The notes beneath the pieces are model-generated. The model saw only the letters and a list, made by a program, of their open reading frames with translations. It had not been told where the DNA came from and ran no database searches. Position numbers and translations under genes: made by a program. From the UHGV virus genome UHGV-2078504: a stretch of 27,255 nt of DNA. The stretch is one strand, 5' to 3'. Below are positions 8,941 through 17,140 of the stretch, in pieces (the first letter of the stretch is position 1; every line of letters begins with the position of its first letter). Source of the DNA: a virus.

Positions 8941-10242
8941 TCAGATGAGGTCTGCGGTTAGCGTATCGTCGGATACGTCGTCGAAATCATTTACAGGGTT
9001 GATATTGAGTGCGGGGCGTGGGTCTGACTCGGGAACGACGGTGGGTTTACCATCAGCTCGTGTTATCAGTGCCTCGACTTTTGACCAACGGCGCGGACTG
9101 GCCTTTTTGATAAGTTTTTCGGCTTTTGTGGGACTAATAAGTTTAAAGTCGAATACTTCTTCAGTTTTGTACCTGAACTGGTCCTTCAGAAGTGCGCGAG
9201 CTGCCTCTTCATCACTCCAGGCCCGGTTACCTTGTTTTCCTGTTACCAGTTTAAACCCCGGTACCGGATGTCCGGCATTGAGTTCATTGTGAACCCGGTC
9301 CCGTACTGCCTTTAGCCAGGATTCAATAAAGTCGGCCTGGCTATAGATCTCCGCAAGCTGCTCAATGGTTAACAGAGGTACACGTGCGCTGGCATTGGTG
9401 ATTATTTCGCTGACAGGCTTTGTCAGATCTTCAAAGTCGCTGGCCGCTGTTTGTAAATGCTGCATTTTCTGGGCAGTGCAAATAGCTTTTGCTTTACAGA
9501 AGCGGCACTGTTTTTCTCCAGGTATGAAGTTTTCCAGCGGTAGTGTCTCAATGCCTTCGCATTCAGCAATATTGAGAACAAGGATCGCACTGGTTGCGGC
9601 CTCCTGTGCCCGTTCACCGAAAGACTGAAGTTCCTGTACGGTTAATGACCATTCTGAAACGTGGTTGAGCCTTGGCTGGTGAATAAATAATCTTACAGTC
9701 TCAAAGTCATACAGCATGCTGAATTGTTCGAGCGCACCCAGAGCATACAGTTGTAGTTGCTCATTTTGTTCTGCATCAATGCGGACGCCTTTGCCATATT
9801 TCAGGTCGTGGATTTGTAATTCGTTACCAGCGATGATTATGCCGTCGGCAGTTCCGAAAGATTCTTCCACCCCCGTTATATGTGAGAAATCAACACGTTG
9901 TTCAACCAATAGTTCATTATTCTGTGCAAGAGTCCAGACCGTATCAACATACCGGCCAACGGCTTCGACCATTTCATCATCCACCTGTGGGCCAGATGTA
10001 TTATCAGGATTTTCGCGAAGGGGGTATGAGCCGAGAAACATAGAAACATTGCATCCGGCGTAGTGTTCCGGGTGGCTTTGCCTGTTTCGTAGAACTTTTT
10101 CAGCAAGCGCGTGCGCTGCAGTGCCCTCGATTGCAAAAGTTGTTTCTTTATCCGGTTGTGTGGCCTCCAGCGCCAGACTTCCTGGGCAGCGCATCCATCG
10201 ATGCGCTGATGATGGAGAAAGTTGTGCATGAACGTCTGGCAT
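8941..10242 (-). CDS. DUF2800-like PD-(D/E)xK nuclease with Cas4-like cysteine cluster
   Basis: 433-aa ORF; N-terminal [15 protein letters not shown], nuclease-like core (IHDLKYGKG), C-terminal cysteines [10 protein letters not shown]; acidic C-terminal tail ...[15 protein letters not shown]. Confidence 0.65.
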   Translation of the reverse strand: MPDVHAQLSPSSAHRWMRCPGSLALEATQPDKETTFAIEGTAAHALAEKVLRNRQSHPEHYAGCNVSMFLGSYPLRENPDNTSGPQVDDEMVEAVGRYVDTVWTLAQNNELLVEQRVDFSHITGVEESFGTADGIIIAGNELQIHDLKYGKGVRIDAEQNEQLQLYALGALEQFSMLYDFETVRLFIHQPRLNHVSEWSLTVQELQSFGERAQEAATSAILVLNIAECEGIETLPLENFIPGEKQCRFCKAKAICTAQKMQHLQTAASDFEDLTKPVSEIITNASARVPLLTIEQLAEIYSQADFIESWLKAVRDRVHNELNAGHPVPGFKLVTGKQGNRAWSDEEAARALLKDQFRYKTEEVFDFKLISPTKAEKLIKKASPRRWSKVEALITRADGKPTVVPESDPRPALNINPVNDFDDVSDDTLTADLI

Positions 10243-10244
10243 GA

Positions 10245-11147
10245 TTAACCCTCCAGTGCTTTTTCAGCCAGGGTGATTACTTCAGCGAGATTTTCATCCG
10301 TTACTTCACCAAGTTTCCTGGCTCCCTGTTTTTCCAGAATTGCAATAGCTTCTGCCCGGTAACCCCCTTTTGCTAACTGGAGGATCAACCCTTCAGCTTG
10401 TTTGCGTAGTGCCGCGAAATCAATTGTATGGTCATCTTTGGCGTCATTATTCTGGCTGGAATTTGCTGCGTCTCTACGTGCAAATTCTTCCTGCAGCTGA
10501 AGGTACTCAACACGGTTGATCTCGATATGGCCTTTTTTAAGCATCTCGTTCAACTTGCGTAAGGTATGGAGTTCACTGGCTGCTGTGCCGGATACATTTT
10601 TGACGTAAAACGGCCCCGTGCGTTCTCCATCTTTGTTACTGGCCTTTTTCGGCTTAACTTCATCACGCCCATCTGCAGGTGCATCAAGTAGCTGCTCGGC
10701 AAAAGCACGTCGCTCGCCGATGGTTGGCAGGTCGTCCCAGAACTTAAGAATGTTACGGGACAGGTCCAGGAGAGCAGGTTTAAGCAGCGCCCTGGCTCGT
10801 TTGACGCCCTGTAATGCGCTGTCGAGAGCATCAATCTGAACTACTCGTTTATCGCCTTCAGCATCACGGTAGGCAACAGCACGTTGCAGCATGTCTTCTG
10901 TGATAGGGGTGGCTACCGGGTAGAAAACAGCCAGTGCGATAACGTCGCTGAACTCCAGATCATCCAGTGTCATTGCCGCTGACATGTTTTCAGCTTCAGT
11001 TGCTGTATCCCGACATTCCTGCACTCGTGAAATCGTGTCAGGATGCATAACAATACCTGATGCCATTGTGCGGATAAGACGTTCAAGCAGCGCATTATGT
11101 TGTGCTAGAAGTTGATTATTAAGTTCGAGACTGGTTTCTAAACTCAT
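10245..11147 (-). CDS. Hypothetical phage protein (early-left operon)
   Basis: 300-aa ORF tightly packed (2-nt gap) with the downstream nuclease gene; mainly helical/charged composition; no motif recognised. Confidence 0.55.
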   Translation of the reverse strand: MSLETSLELNNQLLAQHNALLERLIRTMASGIVMHPDTISRVQECRDTATEAENMSAAMTLDDLEFSDVIALAVFYPVATPITEDMLQRAVAYRDAEGDKRVVQIDALDSALQGVKRARALLKPALLDLSRNILKFWDDLPTIGERRAFAEQLLDAPADGRDEVKPKKASNKDGERTGPFYVKNVSGTAASELHTLRKLNEMLKKGHIEINRVEYLQLQEEFARRDAANSSQNNDAKDDHTIDFAALRKQAEGLILQLAKGGYRAEAIAILEKQGARKLGEVTDENLAEVITLAEKALEG

Positions 11148-11326
11148 ACTGTGGTCCTCGCTACAAGGAGAATGAAAGTGATGATCAGACCGAGCGCAGT
11201 GGCAACGGCCAGACCGGTCATCAAATCGAAGTTTTTACGGCGATAACGGAGAACATCGCGCCCCGTCAGTCGATGGATGTGTTCAGGTTTCATCGGTTGT
11301 ATTCCTTTTTTCATATCGGGGAGCAC
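11144..11326 (-). CDS. Small hypothetical protein with C-terminal transmembrane helix
   Basis: 60-aa ORF, 4-nt overlap (ATGA) with next gene; C-terminal hydrophobic segment LAVATALGLIITFILLVA. Short, so coding status uncertain. Confidence 0.4.
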   Translation of the reverse strand: MLPDMKKGIQPMKPEHIHRLTGRDVLRYRRKNFDLMTGLAVATALGLIITFILLVARTTV

Positions 11327-11351
11327 GCTGTTGCGAGTGCGCTTTCAGACA

Positions 11352-11378
11352 TAAAAAAGCCCGTCACTTGAGGCGGGC
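11352..11378 (-). terminator. Putative intrinsic terminator (minus strand) upstream of early-left operon
   Basis: Plus-strand AAAAAA followed by GCCCGTC-acttga-GGCGGGC hairpin; on the minus strand this reads as a stem-loop followed by a U-tract. Confidence 0.35.
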
Positions 11379-11517
11379 AAAGACTACACACAGCAATTAC
11401 ATGGATATCATCGAGTGCCTGCTTTTAACCACATCAGGCGAGGTAGTTCTCCTTGTACCCCTACAGTGAGAAATCGTCTAATATCTCTTCACCCCTACAG
11501 TTTGAGAGAGATTAGAT

Positions 11518-12087
11518 ATGTCTGAAGAAAAAGGAATTCTTTCCCGGATAACTGAATCGTTATCCGGCGTGGGAGGAGCAATTAAAAGCGCGGTTGGAGC
11601 AGCAAGAGAGATTCAGAATCTGACTGTCGACTATGCAGTTAAAGAGAAGACGCACATCTTACTCGATAAGCTAATGGATGTTCAGATGCAGCAAATGTCG
11701 CTTCAGGAGCTGCTGATTGCGGCTAAGGAGAAAATTGTTGAACTGGAAAATGAGAAAGTAAAGCAAGAGAACTGGGCCGCTGAAGCGGCGAGCTATGAAC
11801 TTTACCAGCCTATGCGGGGTACTCTGGTCTATCGCAGCAAGCTTTCTGCAGATGCTGACCAATCTCCGGTTTATATTTGTCCCAATTGCTACGAGCAAAA
11901 GAGAAAATCTATATTGCAAGCGGAAGGTCTGGTTACTAAGCCAGGCCTTGGGCGAGCCGTTAATATGGTTTGTTCGTACTGTAGGGCTTCCTATCTGTTC
12001 AACCGAAATGCTTTAGAGGCCCGACTGCCTTCTGAAGATGAAAATCCGGGGAAGGCAATCACGGATTACGATCCTTACAACCAGTAA
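11518..12087 (+). CDS. Hypothetical coiled-coil/zinc-ribbon protein (immunity-region moron)
   Basis: 189-aa ORF on opposite strand to repressor and early-left genes; central coiled-coil segment (QELLIAAKEKIVELENEKVKQEN) and CPNC...CSYC four-cysteine zinc-ribbon-like motif. Confidence 0.6.
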   Translation: MSEEKGILSRITESLSGVGGAIKSAVGAAREIQNLTVDYAVKEKTHILLDKLMDVQMQQMSLQELLIAAKEKIVELENEKVKQENWAAEAASYELYQPMRGTLVYRSKLSADADQSPVYICPNCYEQKRKSILQAEGLVTKPGLGRAVNMVCSYCRASYLFNRNALEARLPSEDENPGKAITDYDPYNQ

Positions 12088-12138
12088 TTTCTTTAAGCAT
12101 GGGTACCCTTCCGGCCACCCAGAGTTAAAGGAACTAAG

Positions 12139-12159
12139 CGCCCCATCGTCGGGGCGTTT
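12139..12159 (+). terminator. Possible terminator hairpin downstream of 11518-12087 gene
   Basis: CGCCCC-atcgtc-GGGGCG hairpin followed by TTT; short U-tract so weak. Confidence 0.3.
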
Positions 12160-12403
12160 CAACTTGCGTGACTTATCAGTTTGTCGCGGTGTTGTCCTCT
12201 ACGCTTACCGTACGCATACGGACTCGGCGCTTACCTCGATCCCATCGGGTGCTATTTCGTTTTGCCAGGAGTACTGCGGCTTACCTGTCACGCGGTTCAG
12301 TTTGTTAAAGAGCCAGTATTAAAAAACGCATTAATTATGCGATATCGTATTTATATGCGTTATGGGATTTTGTGTCAATACGAAAATGAATTATTTTGCA
12401 AAT

Positions 12404-12432
12404 AAGAAAACCGCCCTTGTGGAGAGCGGTTT
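12404..12432 (-). terminator. Putative intrinsic terminator of repressor gene (minus strand)
   Basis: AAACCGC-ccttgtggaga-GCGGTTT inverted repeat about 30 nt downstream of the cI stop; the minus-strand reading is followed by a T-rich run (TTTTCTTATTT). Confidence 0.45.
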
Positions 12433-12462
12433 GATCAGAAGTAAGTTATCAGACTGTAAAGG

Positions 12463-13137
12463 TTAGTACATACGTAGCGCGGATTTGGCGATCCCCGCCA
12501 CGTAATGGATTTTTTCAATGTTTTCGCGTGGTACTCTGACTGGTGGATGATCTTCATTTACAGACATTAGATGGAACAGGCCATCGCGTTCGAACAAGAA
12601 GGTTTTAACCATGACCTCACCTTCCCGGGTAACCACAAGTACTTCATCACCAGGAGTGTAGTCGTGGTTGGGTTCGACGATTACGAACTCCCCCTCTTTG
12701 ATTCTAGGCATCATTGAATCACCAACACATTTCAGGGCGTATGCATCTTCATCCTTTGTCGGCCAGTATATGAAACCATCACTGCTACCTACTGAATATT
12801 GGGTGTCGCTCCAAAGTCCTCCAACGCCTAGCTGAGTGTTTCCCAAAACAGGTACTTTATTAAACCTAAGAGAAATATACGTTTTTATACCTGTCGCGTC
12901 CTCTTTCTCCATTTCTTGAAGGCTCCTTTCTGCCAAGTCTATTGGTGACACGTGGAAGTAGTCGGCGATCTGCTTTAACGTTGCGTATTTCGGATCTTTC
13001 ACCTCTCCTGATACCAGCCTGTGTAGCGTTGGTTGGTTCAGCTGTAACCGACGTGCCAGCTCAGTTATCGAGCTTATCTTGGCTTTGTCCATCAGGTACT
13101 TGATGTTTTGAGAAAGGATATCGGTAGTATCAATCAT
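12463..13137 (-). CDS. cI: CI-like prophage repressor (N-terminal HTH, C-terminal S24 LexA-like autopeptidase)
   Basis: 224-aa ORF; N-terminal HTH (ITELARRLQLNQPTLHRLVSG); C-terminal S24 signature with catalytic Ser (CVGDSMMP) and Lys (EVMVKT); divergent from a Cro-like gene. Confidence 0.85.
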   Translation of the reverse strand: MIDTTDILSQNIKYLMDKAKISSITELARRLQLNQPTLHRLVSGEVKDPKYATLKQIADYFHVSPIDLAERSLQEMEKEDATGIKTYISLRFNKVPVLGNTQLGVGGLWSDTQYSVGSSDGFIYWPTKDEDAYALKCVGDSMMPRIKEGEFVIVEPNHDYTPGDEVLVVTREGEVMVKTFLFERDGLFHLMSVNEDHPPVRVPRENIEKIHYVAGIAKSALRMY

Positions 13138-13278
13138 TTGGATTCATCCATGTTGTATACAGGGACGGTGATTATGCGTTATCGGATATTTTAATCTAGG
13201 ATGACATAGAATTGCTGTATTGCTGAGTAATCCGTTTTCGTATAAATTTGCGCTATAGACGAAAGTGGAGACTTAAAT
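13138..13278. promoter_or_regulatory. Divergent PRM/PR-type promoter-operator region of the lysis-lysogeny switch
   Basis: 141-bp AT-rich intergenic region between divergent cI-like and cro-like genes; contains palindrome TGTATACA (13154-13161) and tandem TTGCTG repeats (13212-13225). Promoter/operator positions not resolved. Confidence 0.5.
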
Positions 13279-13479
13279 ATGTCCGGACTAACACCACAAG
13301 AGATGGTCAAAAGCTTGATTGATTCAGGGTATACCCAAAACCAAATTGCCGAAATTGCAGGCGTGAAGCAGTCTTCTATTAGTCGGCTTCTTACCGGGGT
13401 TCATTCTGACCCTCGCTTTTCTACAGTACGTGCGATAGAAAAACTTTTTCAGGAAGTGACAGCTAGACAAAAGGTGTAA
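13279..13479 (+). CDS. cro: Cro-like HTH transcriptional regulator
   Basis: 66-aa ORF with HTH (YTQNQIAEIAGVKQSSISRLLTG), divergent from the repressor, immediately upstream of the primase. Confidence 0.7.
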   Translation: MSGLTPQEMVKSLIDSGYTQNQIAEIAGVKQSSISRLLTGVHSDPRFSTVRAIEKLFQEVTARQKV

Positions 13480-13482
13480 CCC

Positions 13483-15669
13483 ATGTCCGATAGCAAACCA
13501 TGGGGAGCTACGCCTGATGAGTGGTTTCATTTCGACCTGGTATTGGGGCGGACTGCTCATCTTCTCCCAGTTGTATGTAACCCCAGTGCGACCATATCCC
13601 CTGATAGTAAATTGAAAGCGTTGGGTAAGACGCCGAGTCGCTATAACCGGGACCGCCAGGTCACCGGTATTGCTCAATGGACCGGGCATGTTGTTACTGA
13701 GCATGATTTTGCCCACTGGTCGAATGAACCGGATTATGGCATCTGCGTGCGTACAGGCCATGGCTGGCTGGCGCTGGACTGCGATAGCGAAGATGAAGAC
13801 ATTCAGGCAGATATTCGCAAAACACTTGTGCAACTTCTGGGTGAGTCGCCGCCGCGACGCTGGCGAGCAAACAGTAATAAGTGTCTGTATCTGCTGGCCG
13901 TTGATGGTGATTTCCGTAAGCGTATCCATCGCCTAGCGGGGGATATGGGCATTATCGAGTTGCTGGCGAACGGGCAGCAGTTCGTTGCCTGTGGTACGCA
14001 CAGCAGCGGCGCGCGTATTGAATGGGACGGTGGTTTGCCGGATGAACCTCCGGCTATTACAGGTGAGCAGCTTGAAACGCTGTGGCAGCGCCTGGCTGAA
14101 CAACTCCCTGTGTCGGTAACCACCGAAGCGGGCAACACGAAGATGCGCGACCGTTCAGCATTCACGCCCGGCGCGACGGATGATACAGCTGAATATCTTG
14201 ATGCCAATGGCTGGACGCTGCTGGATGGCGCAAACGGTGAACGATATATCCGCTGTCCGTTTGAAGACGGCCACAGTAGCGGAGGCGATCCAACAAGCAC
14301 AGTTTATTTTCCTGCGGGAACCGCAGGCTTTGAGCAGGGGCATTTTAAATGCCTGCATGCCAGTTGCGCGCATCGTGATGACGGAGATTTCCTGAATGCC
14401 ATCGGGATCCGCAACGACGATTTCGAAGATCTGACCAGCATCGAAGTGGCGGAACCTTTACCGCTGCCTGCTTTCGAGCGTGATAAATGGGGGCGTATCG
14501 AGGCAACCATCAGCAATGCAGCCAAAGCAGTAGTACGCTCTGATTTTGTGGACATCGATATTCGCTTTGACCAGTTCCGCGACGAAATCATGTTTGCCCC
14601 GGCAGGATCCGGACAATGGCGGGCATTCACCGATGCGGATTATGCGCGCCTGCGCATCACGATGGAAAAGCGGGGATTTAAACCTGTTGGCCGTGAACTT
14701 ATTCGCGATGTGGTGTTACTTGCAGCCGATGAACAACCATTCGATTCAGCGATCACCTGGCTGAACGGGCTGGAGTGGGATGGCGTGCCGCGCATCGAAT
14801 GTTTCTACCATACGCACTTCGGTACCGCCGACACGCCTTATACCCGTGCGGTGTCTATGTACATGTGGACCGCGTTGGCGGGGCGAGTACTGGAGCCAGG
14901 CATCAAAGCGGATATGGTGCCGATCCTCGTTGGTCCGCAGGGCTGCGGTAAGTCTTCCGGAGTGGAGGCACTGAGCCCTGATCCTGCGTTTTTTACTGAA
15001 ATCTCTTTTGCCGAAAAAGACGATGATCTCGCTCGAAAAATGCGTGGTCGGCTGGTGGCAGAGATTGGTGAACTGCGCGGACTTAATACCAAAGAGCTGG
15101 AGTCAATCAAAGCGTTTGTGACGCGTACTCACGAAAACTGGATCCCGAAATACCGGGAGTTCGCCACCCAGTTTCCTCGTCGCCTGGTGTTCGTTGGTAC
15201 CACTAATGAGGACGAATTCCTTGCGGACAAGACTGGTAACCGTCGCTGGCTCCCCGTGGAAGTGTCGAAAGTCGACGTGAAAGCGATAAAAAGAGATCTT
15301 CTTTTACTTTGGGCTGAGGCTCGTGAGGTGTTTCAGCGTCTGGGGGGTATCCAGTTCCGTGAGGCTGAACAACTGGCAGCGAGTGTCCATGAACAGTACA
15401 CCATCAAGGATGCTTGGCTTGAAACGGTAGAGAAATGGCTCGACACGCCCGACCTGATGACTAATGAACTTCCGCGAAATTGCGAATTTTTACGCGCAAG
15501 TGATGTTTTGCGTGATGCGATTGGGCTAAATCCTGACCGCATCGGAAAACGCGAAGAAATGCGAATTAGTAATGTTTTGCAAAATTGCGGGTATAAGCGT
15601 GCCCAAAGGCGAATTGGGGGGAAAAAATGCAAGGTTTGGGAACCGCTGGAACCACGCGGAACCACCTAG
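13483..15669 (+). CDS. Replication primase: N-terminal PrimPol-like domain fused to C-terminal P-loop (VirE/D5-like) ATPase
   Basis: 728-aa ORF; N-terminal acidic catalytic region (WLALDCDSEDED), central cysteine/histidine cluster (CPFEDGHSSG...HFKCLHASCAH), C-terminal Walker A GPQGCGKSS; followed by iterons. Confidence 0.75.
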   Translation: MSDSKPWGATPDEWFHFDLVLGRTAHLLPVVCNPSATISPDSKLKALGKTPSRYNRDRQVTGIAQWTGHVVTEHDFAHWSNEPDYGICVRTGHGWLALDCDSEDEDIQADIRKTLVQLLGESPPRRWRANSNKCLYLLAVDGDFRKRIHRLAGDMGIIELLANGQQFVACGTHSSGARIEWDGGLPDEPPAITGEQLETLWQRLAEQLPVSVTTEAGNTKMRDRSAFTPGATDDTAEYLDANGWTLLDGANGERYIRCPFEDGHSSGGDPTSTVYFPAGTAGFEQGHFKCLHASCAHRDDGDFLNAIGIRNDDFEDLTSIEVAEPLPLPAFERDKWGRIEATISNAAKAVVRSDFVDIDIRFDQFRDEIMFAPAGSGQWRAFTDADYARLRITMEKRGFKPVGRELIRDVVLLAADEQPFDSAITWLNGLEWDGVPRIECFYHTHFGTADTPYTRAVSMYMWTALAGRVLEPGIKADMVPILVGPQGCGKSSGVEALSPDPAFFTEISFAEKDDDLARKMRGRLVAEIGELRGLNTKELESIKAFVTRTHENWIPKYREFATQFPRRLVFVGTTNEDEFLADKTGNRRWLPVEVSKVDVKAIKRDLLLLWAEAREVFQRLGGIQFREAEQLAASVHEQYTIKDAWLETVEKWLDTPDLMTNELPRNCEFLRASDVLRDAIGLNPDRIGKREEMRISNVLQNCGYKRAQRRIGGKKCKVWEPLEPRGTT

Positions 15670-15828
15670 AAGAGAAGGTGGTTCCACCTTGCAGACCTTG
15701 TGGCAAGCGGGGCGGAACTACTGGAACCACTGGAACCGCCTTTCTACTAGAAACCCCATATATATATATAAGTCGATTGAGGGAAAGGTTAGGAAAAGGT
15801 GGTTCCAGGTGGGGGCAGGTGGTTCCAC
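15639..15828. repeat. Iteron cluster with central (AT)n tract: putative phage origin of replication
   Basis: At least nine copies of the core GGAACC(A/G)C or its complement GGTGGTTCC in both orientations (e.g. 15639-15644, 15648-15655, 15658-15666, 15677-15688, 15723-15730, 15732-15740, 15798-15807, 15817-15828) flanking ATATATATATATA at 15758-15771; begins inside the last codons of the primase gene. Confidence 0.55.
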
Positions 15829-15957
15829 TCCGAATTAGCAACTTTTTGCATGTTGATACATGCAATATGCGGATCGGAACTGCGTTATCCACACCCACGG
15901 ATAAACAGACGTAGTTCTCAGAAAAATTTTTCGTAGCAAAACGTAGAGGTCAGAGCT

Positions 15958-16392
15958 ATGCGTAATATTCAACAGGTTTTAGAGCGCTGGGGTGGATGGG
16001 CTGCCGATAGCAACACCACAGTGAGCTGGGCTCCAATAGCGGCGGGATTTAAAGGGCTGGTAGTCAGCAGCTCGCCTGGCAGGCTGAGTTGCTGTGACGA
16101 CGATGGCCTGATTATCGATGCTTGCGTCTGTCGGCTGCAGCAGGTCCGTAAGCCTGAGGAACTGGACGTCATTATGCTGTACTACGTCTACGGGTTAAGC
16201 AAACGTGAGATAGGGCGGCGGCGTCGCTGTTCTGAAGGATTTATCCGCCAGCAGTTGCAGGTAGCAGAGGGATTCATTGAGGGGTGTCTCTGCATGCTGG
16301 GTGTGAGCCTTCAGATGGATCCTGAGGTCGAAATTCAAAGGGATGAAAAAAGTATTAGTGCGCTACGCAAAAACTGCGCTACGCTGGTATGA
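15958..16392 (+). CDS. Q: Late-gene antitermination protein Q
   Basis: 144-aa ORF beginning MRNIQQVLERWGGWAA with cysteine cluster (CCDDDGLIIDACVC), resembling lambdoid Q-family antiterminators as recalled; located directly upstream of the lysis cassette. Confidence 0.7.
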   Translation: MRNIQQVLERWGGWAADSNTTVSWAPIAAGFKGLVVSSSPGRLSCCDDDGLIIDACVCRLQQVRKPEELDVIMLYYVYGLSKREIGRRRRCSEGFIRQQLQVAEGFIEGCLCMLGVSLQMDPEVEIQRDEKSISALRKNCATLV

Positions 16393-16670
16393 GTTGAATT
16401 TCTGACCTCAACGAAGAGCTCCAAATCATTGGGGCTTTTTTAATGCTCTATTCTCAGTAAAAGTTAATAAAACAGGGTTTTCGTCGCGAAAAAACGCTAT
16501 GCAGTTTTTGCCCTTTTTTATGCACCTTTTATTCACTCGAATTTCGTCATTCTGGACCACTTAAGTTGATTAAATAGGCCTTTCATCGCAAATCTATTGC
16601 GAGCGGTGATCGTGTGGTTCCTATAACGTACATTATGTTAAATAACTTCCTTTTTTAACAAATTTAACAA
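16393..16670 (+). promoter_or_regulatory. Expected Q-dependent late promoter/qut region (position not resolved)
   Basis: By analogy with lambda PR'/qut lying just downstream of Q; long AT-rich non-coding stretch between Q and the holin. No promoter elements confidently identified. Confidence 0.3.
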
Positions 16671-16694
16671 GGTTCGCTATGGCGAACTTTTTTT
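16671..16694 (+). terminator. Putative intrinsic terminator (tR'-like) in late leader
   Basis: GGTTCGC-tat-GGCGAAC hairpin followed by TTTTTTT. Confidence 0.4.
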
Positions 16695-16795
16695 GTATTC
16701 AGGGCCCACCGAAGGACGGCTCATAACCCAATCCTACGGGCGTATACGCAGGGCCCGCCTTTCAACAACACCCCGTAATGGCGGAGGTGGGAAGT

Positions 16796-17137
16796 ATGAA
16801 AATGCACAATGCTCCTCATTCCTGGCCTGACTTACTGGAACTCTTACAAAGTTGGTGGCGTGGAGATACGCCGTTGGGCGCAGTGGTTATGTCAATTGTT
16901 ATGGCTGGCTTGCGCATTGCCTATTTTGGCGGTGGCGGCGGCTGGAAACGAAAAACGCTTGAGATTTTGCTCTGTGGTGCTCTGACGCTGACCTTTGCAT
17001 CCGCTCTTGAGTATGTTGGATGGCCTAAATCTCTTTCTGTTGCCATTGGTGGTGGTGTTGGGCTGATCGGTGTCGATGCTATTCGTGGGGCTGCAATGCG
17101 AGTAATCGGTAACAAGTTTGGTGGCTCTAAGGAGTAA
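16796..17137 (+). CDS. Holin (probable dual-start motif MKM)
   Basis: ORF with three hydrophobic segments immediately upstream of the endolysin; GGAGGTGGG Shine-Dalgarno precedes ATG-AAA-ATG (16796 and 16802), reminiscent of the lambda S dual-start arrangement. The longest ORF starts at 16778. Confidence 0.7.
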   Translation: MKMHNAPHSWPDLLELLQSWWRGDTPLGAVVMSIVMAGLRIAYFGGGGGWKRKTLEILLCGALTLTFASALEYVGWPKSLSVAIGGGVGLIGVDAIRGAAMRVIGNKFGGSKE

Positions 17138-17140
17138 TTC

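Noticed and set aside
12038-12405. Plus-strand ORFs of 94 and 74 aa in the region between the Zn-ribbon gene and the repressor
   Set aside because: Overlap each other and the end of the preceding gene, lack recognisable ribosome-binding sites and have odd composition; the region is kept as a finding (possible non-coding or remnant DNA) rather than called as genes.
13324-14630. Minus-strand ORFs of 201, 165 and 108 aa overlapping cro and the primase gene
   Set aside because: Antisense to a well-supported large ORF with primase/ATPase motifs; no ribosome-binding sites noted and biased Arg/Ser/Pro composition.
15639-15828. Possible CRISPR array suggested by short repeated units
   Set aside because: Repeats are only 8-9 bp, occur in both orientations with irregular spacing and no spacer-repeat periodicity; consistent with iterons, not CRISPR.
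15572-15914. Several 88-110-aa ORFs on both strands across the iteron region (15572-15838 +, 15627-15914 +, 15566-15898 -, 15333-15665 -)
   Set aside because: They run through the GGAACC/GGTGGTTCC repeats and the (AT)n tract and have glycine/threonine-rich repeat-derived sequences; better explained as ORF artefacts over a non-coding origin.
16700-16777. Possible tRNA gene between Q and the holin, as seen in some lambdoid prophages
   Set aside because: I could not fold the GC-rich segment into a cloverleaf with acceptor stem and anticodon loop by eye; left as untested in the related finding.
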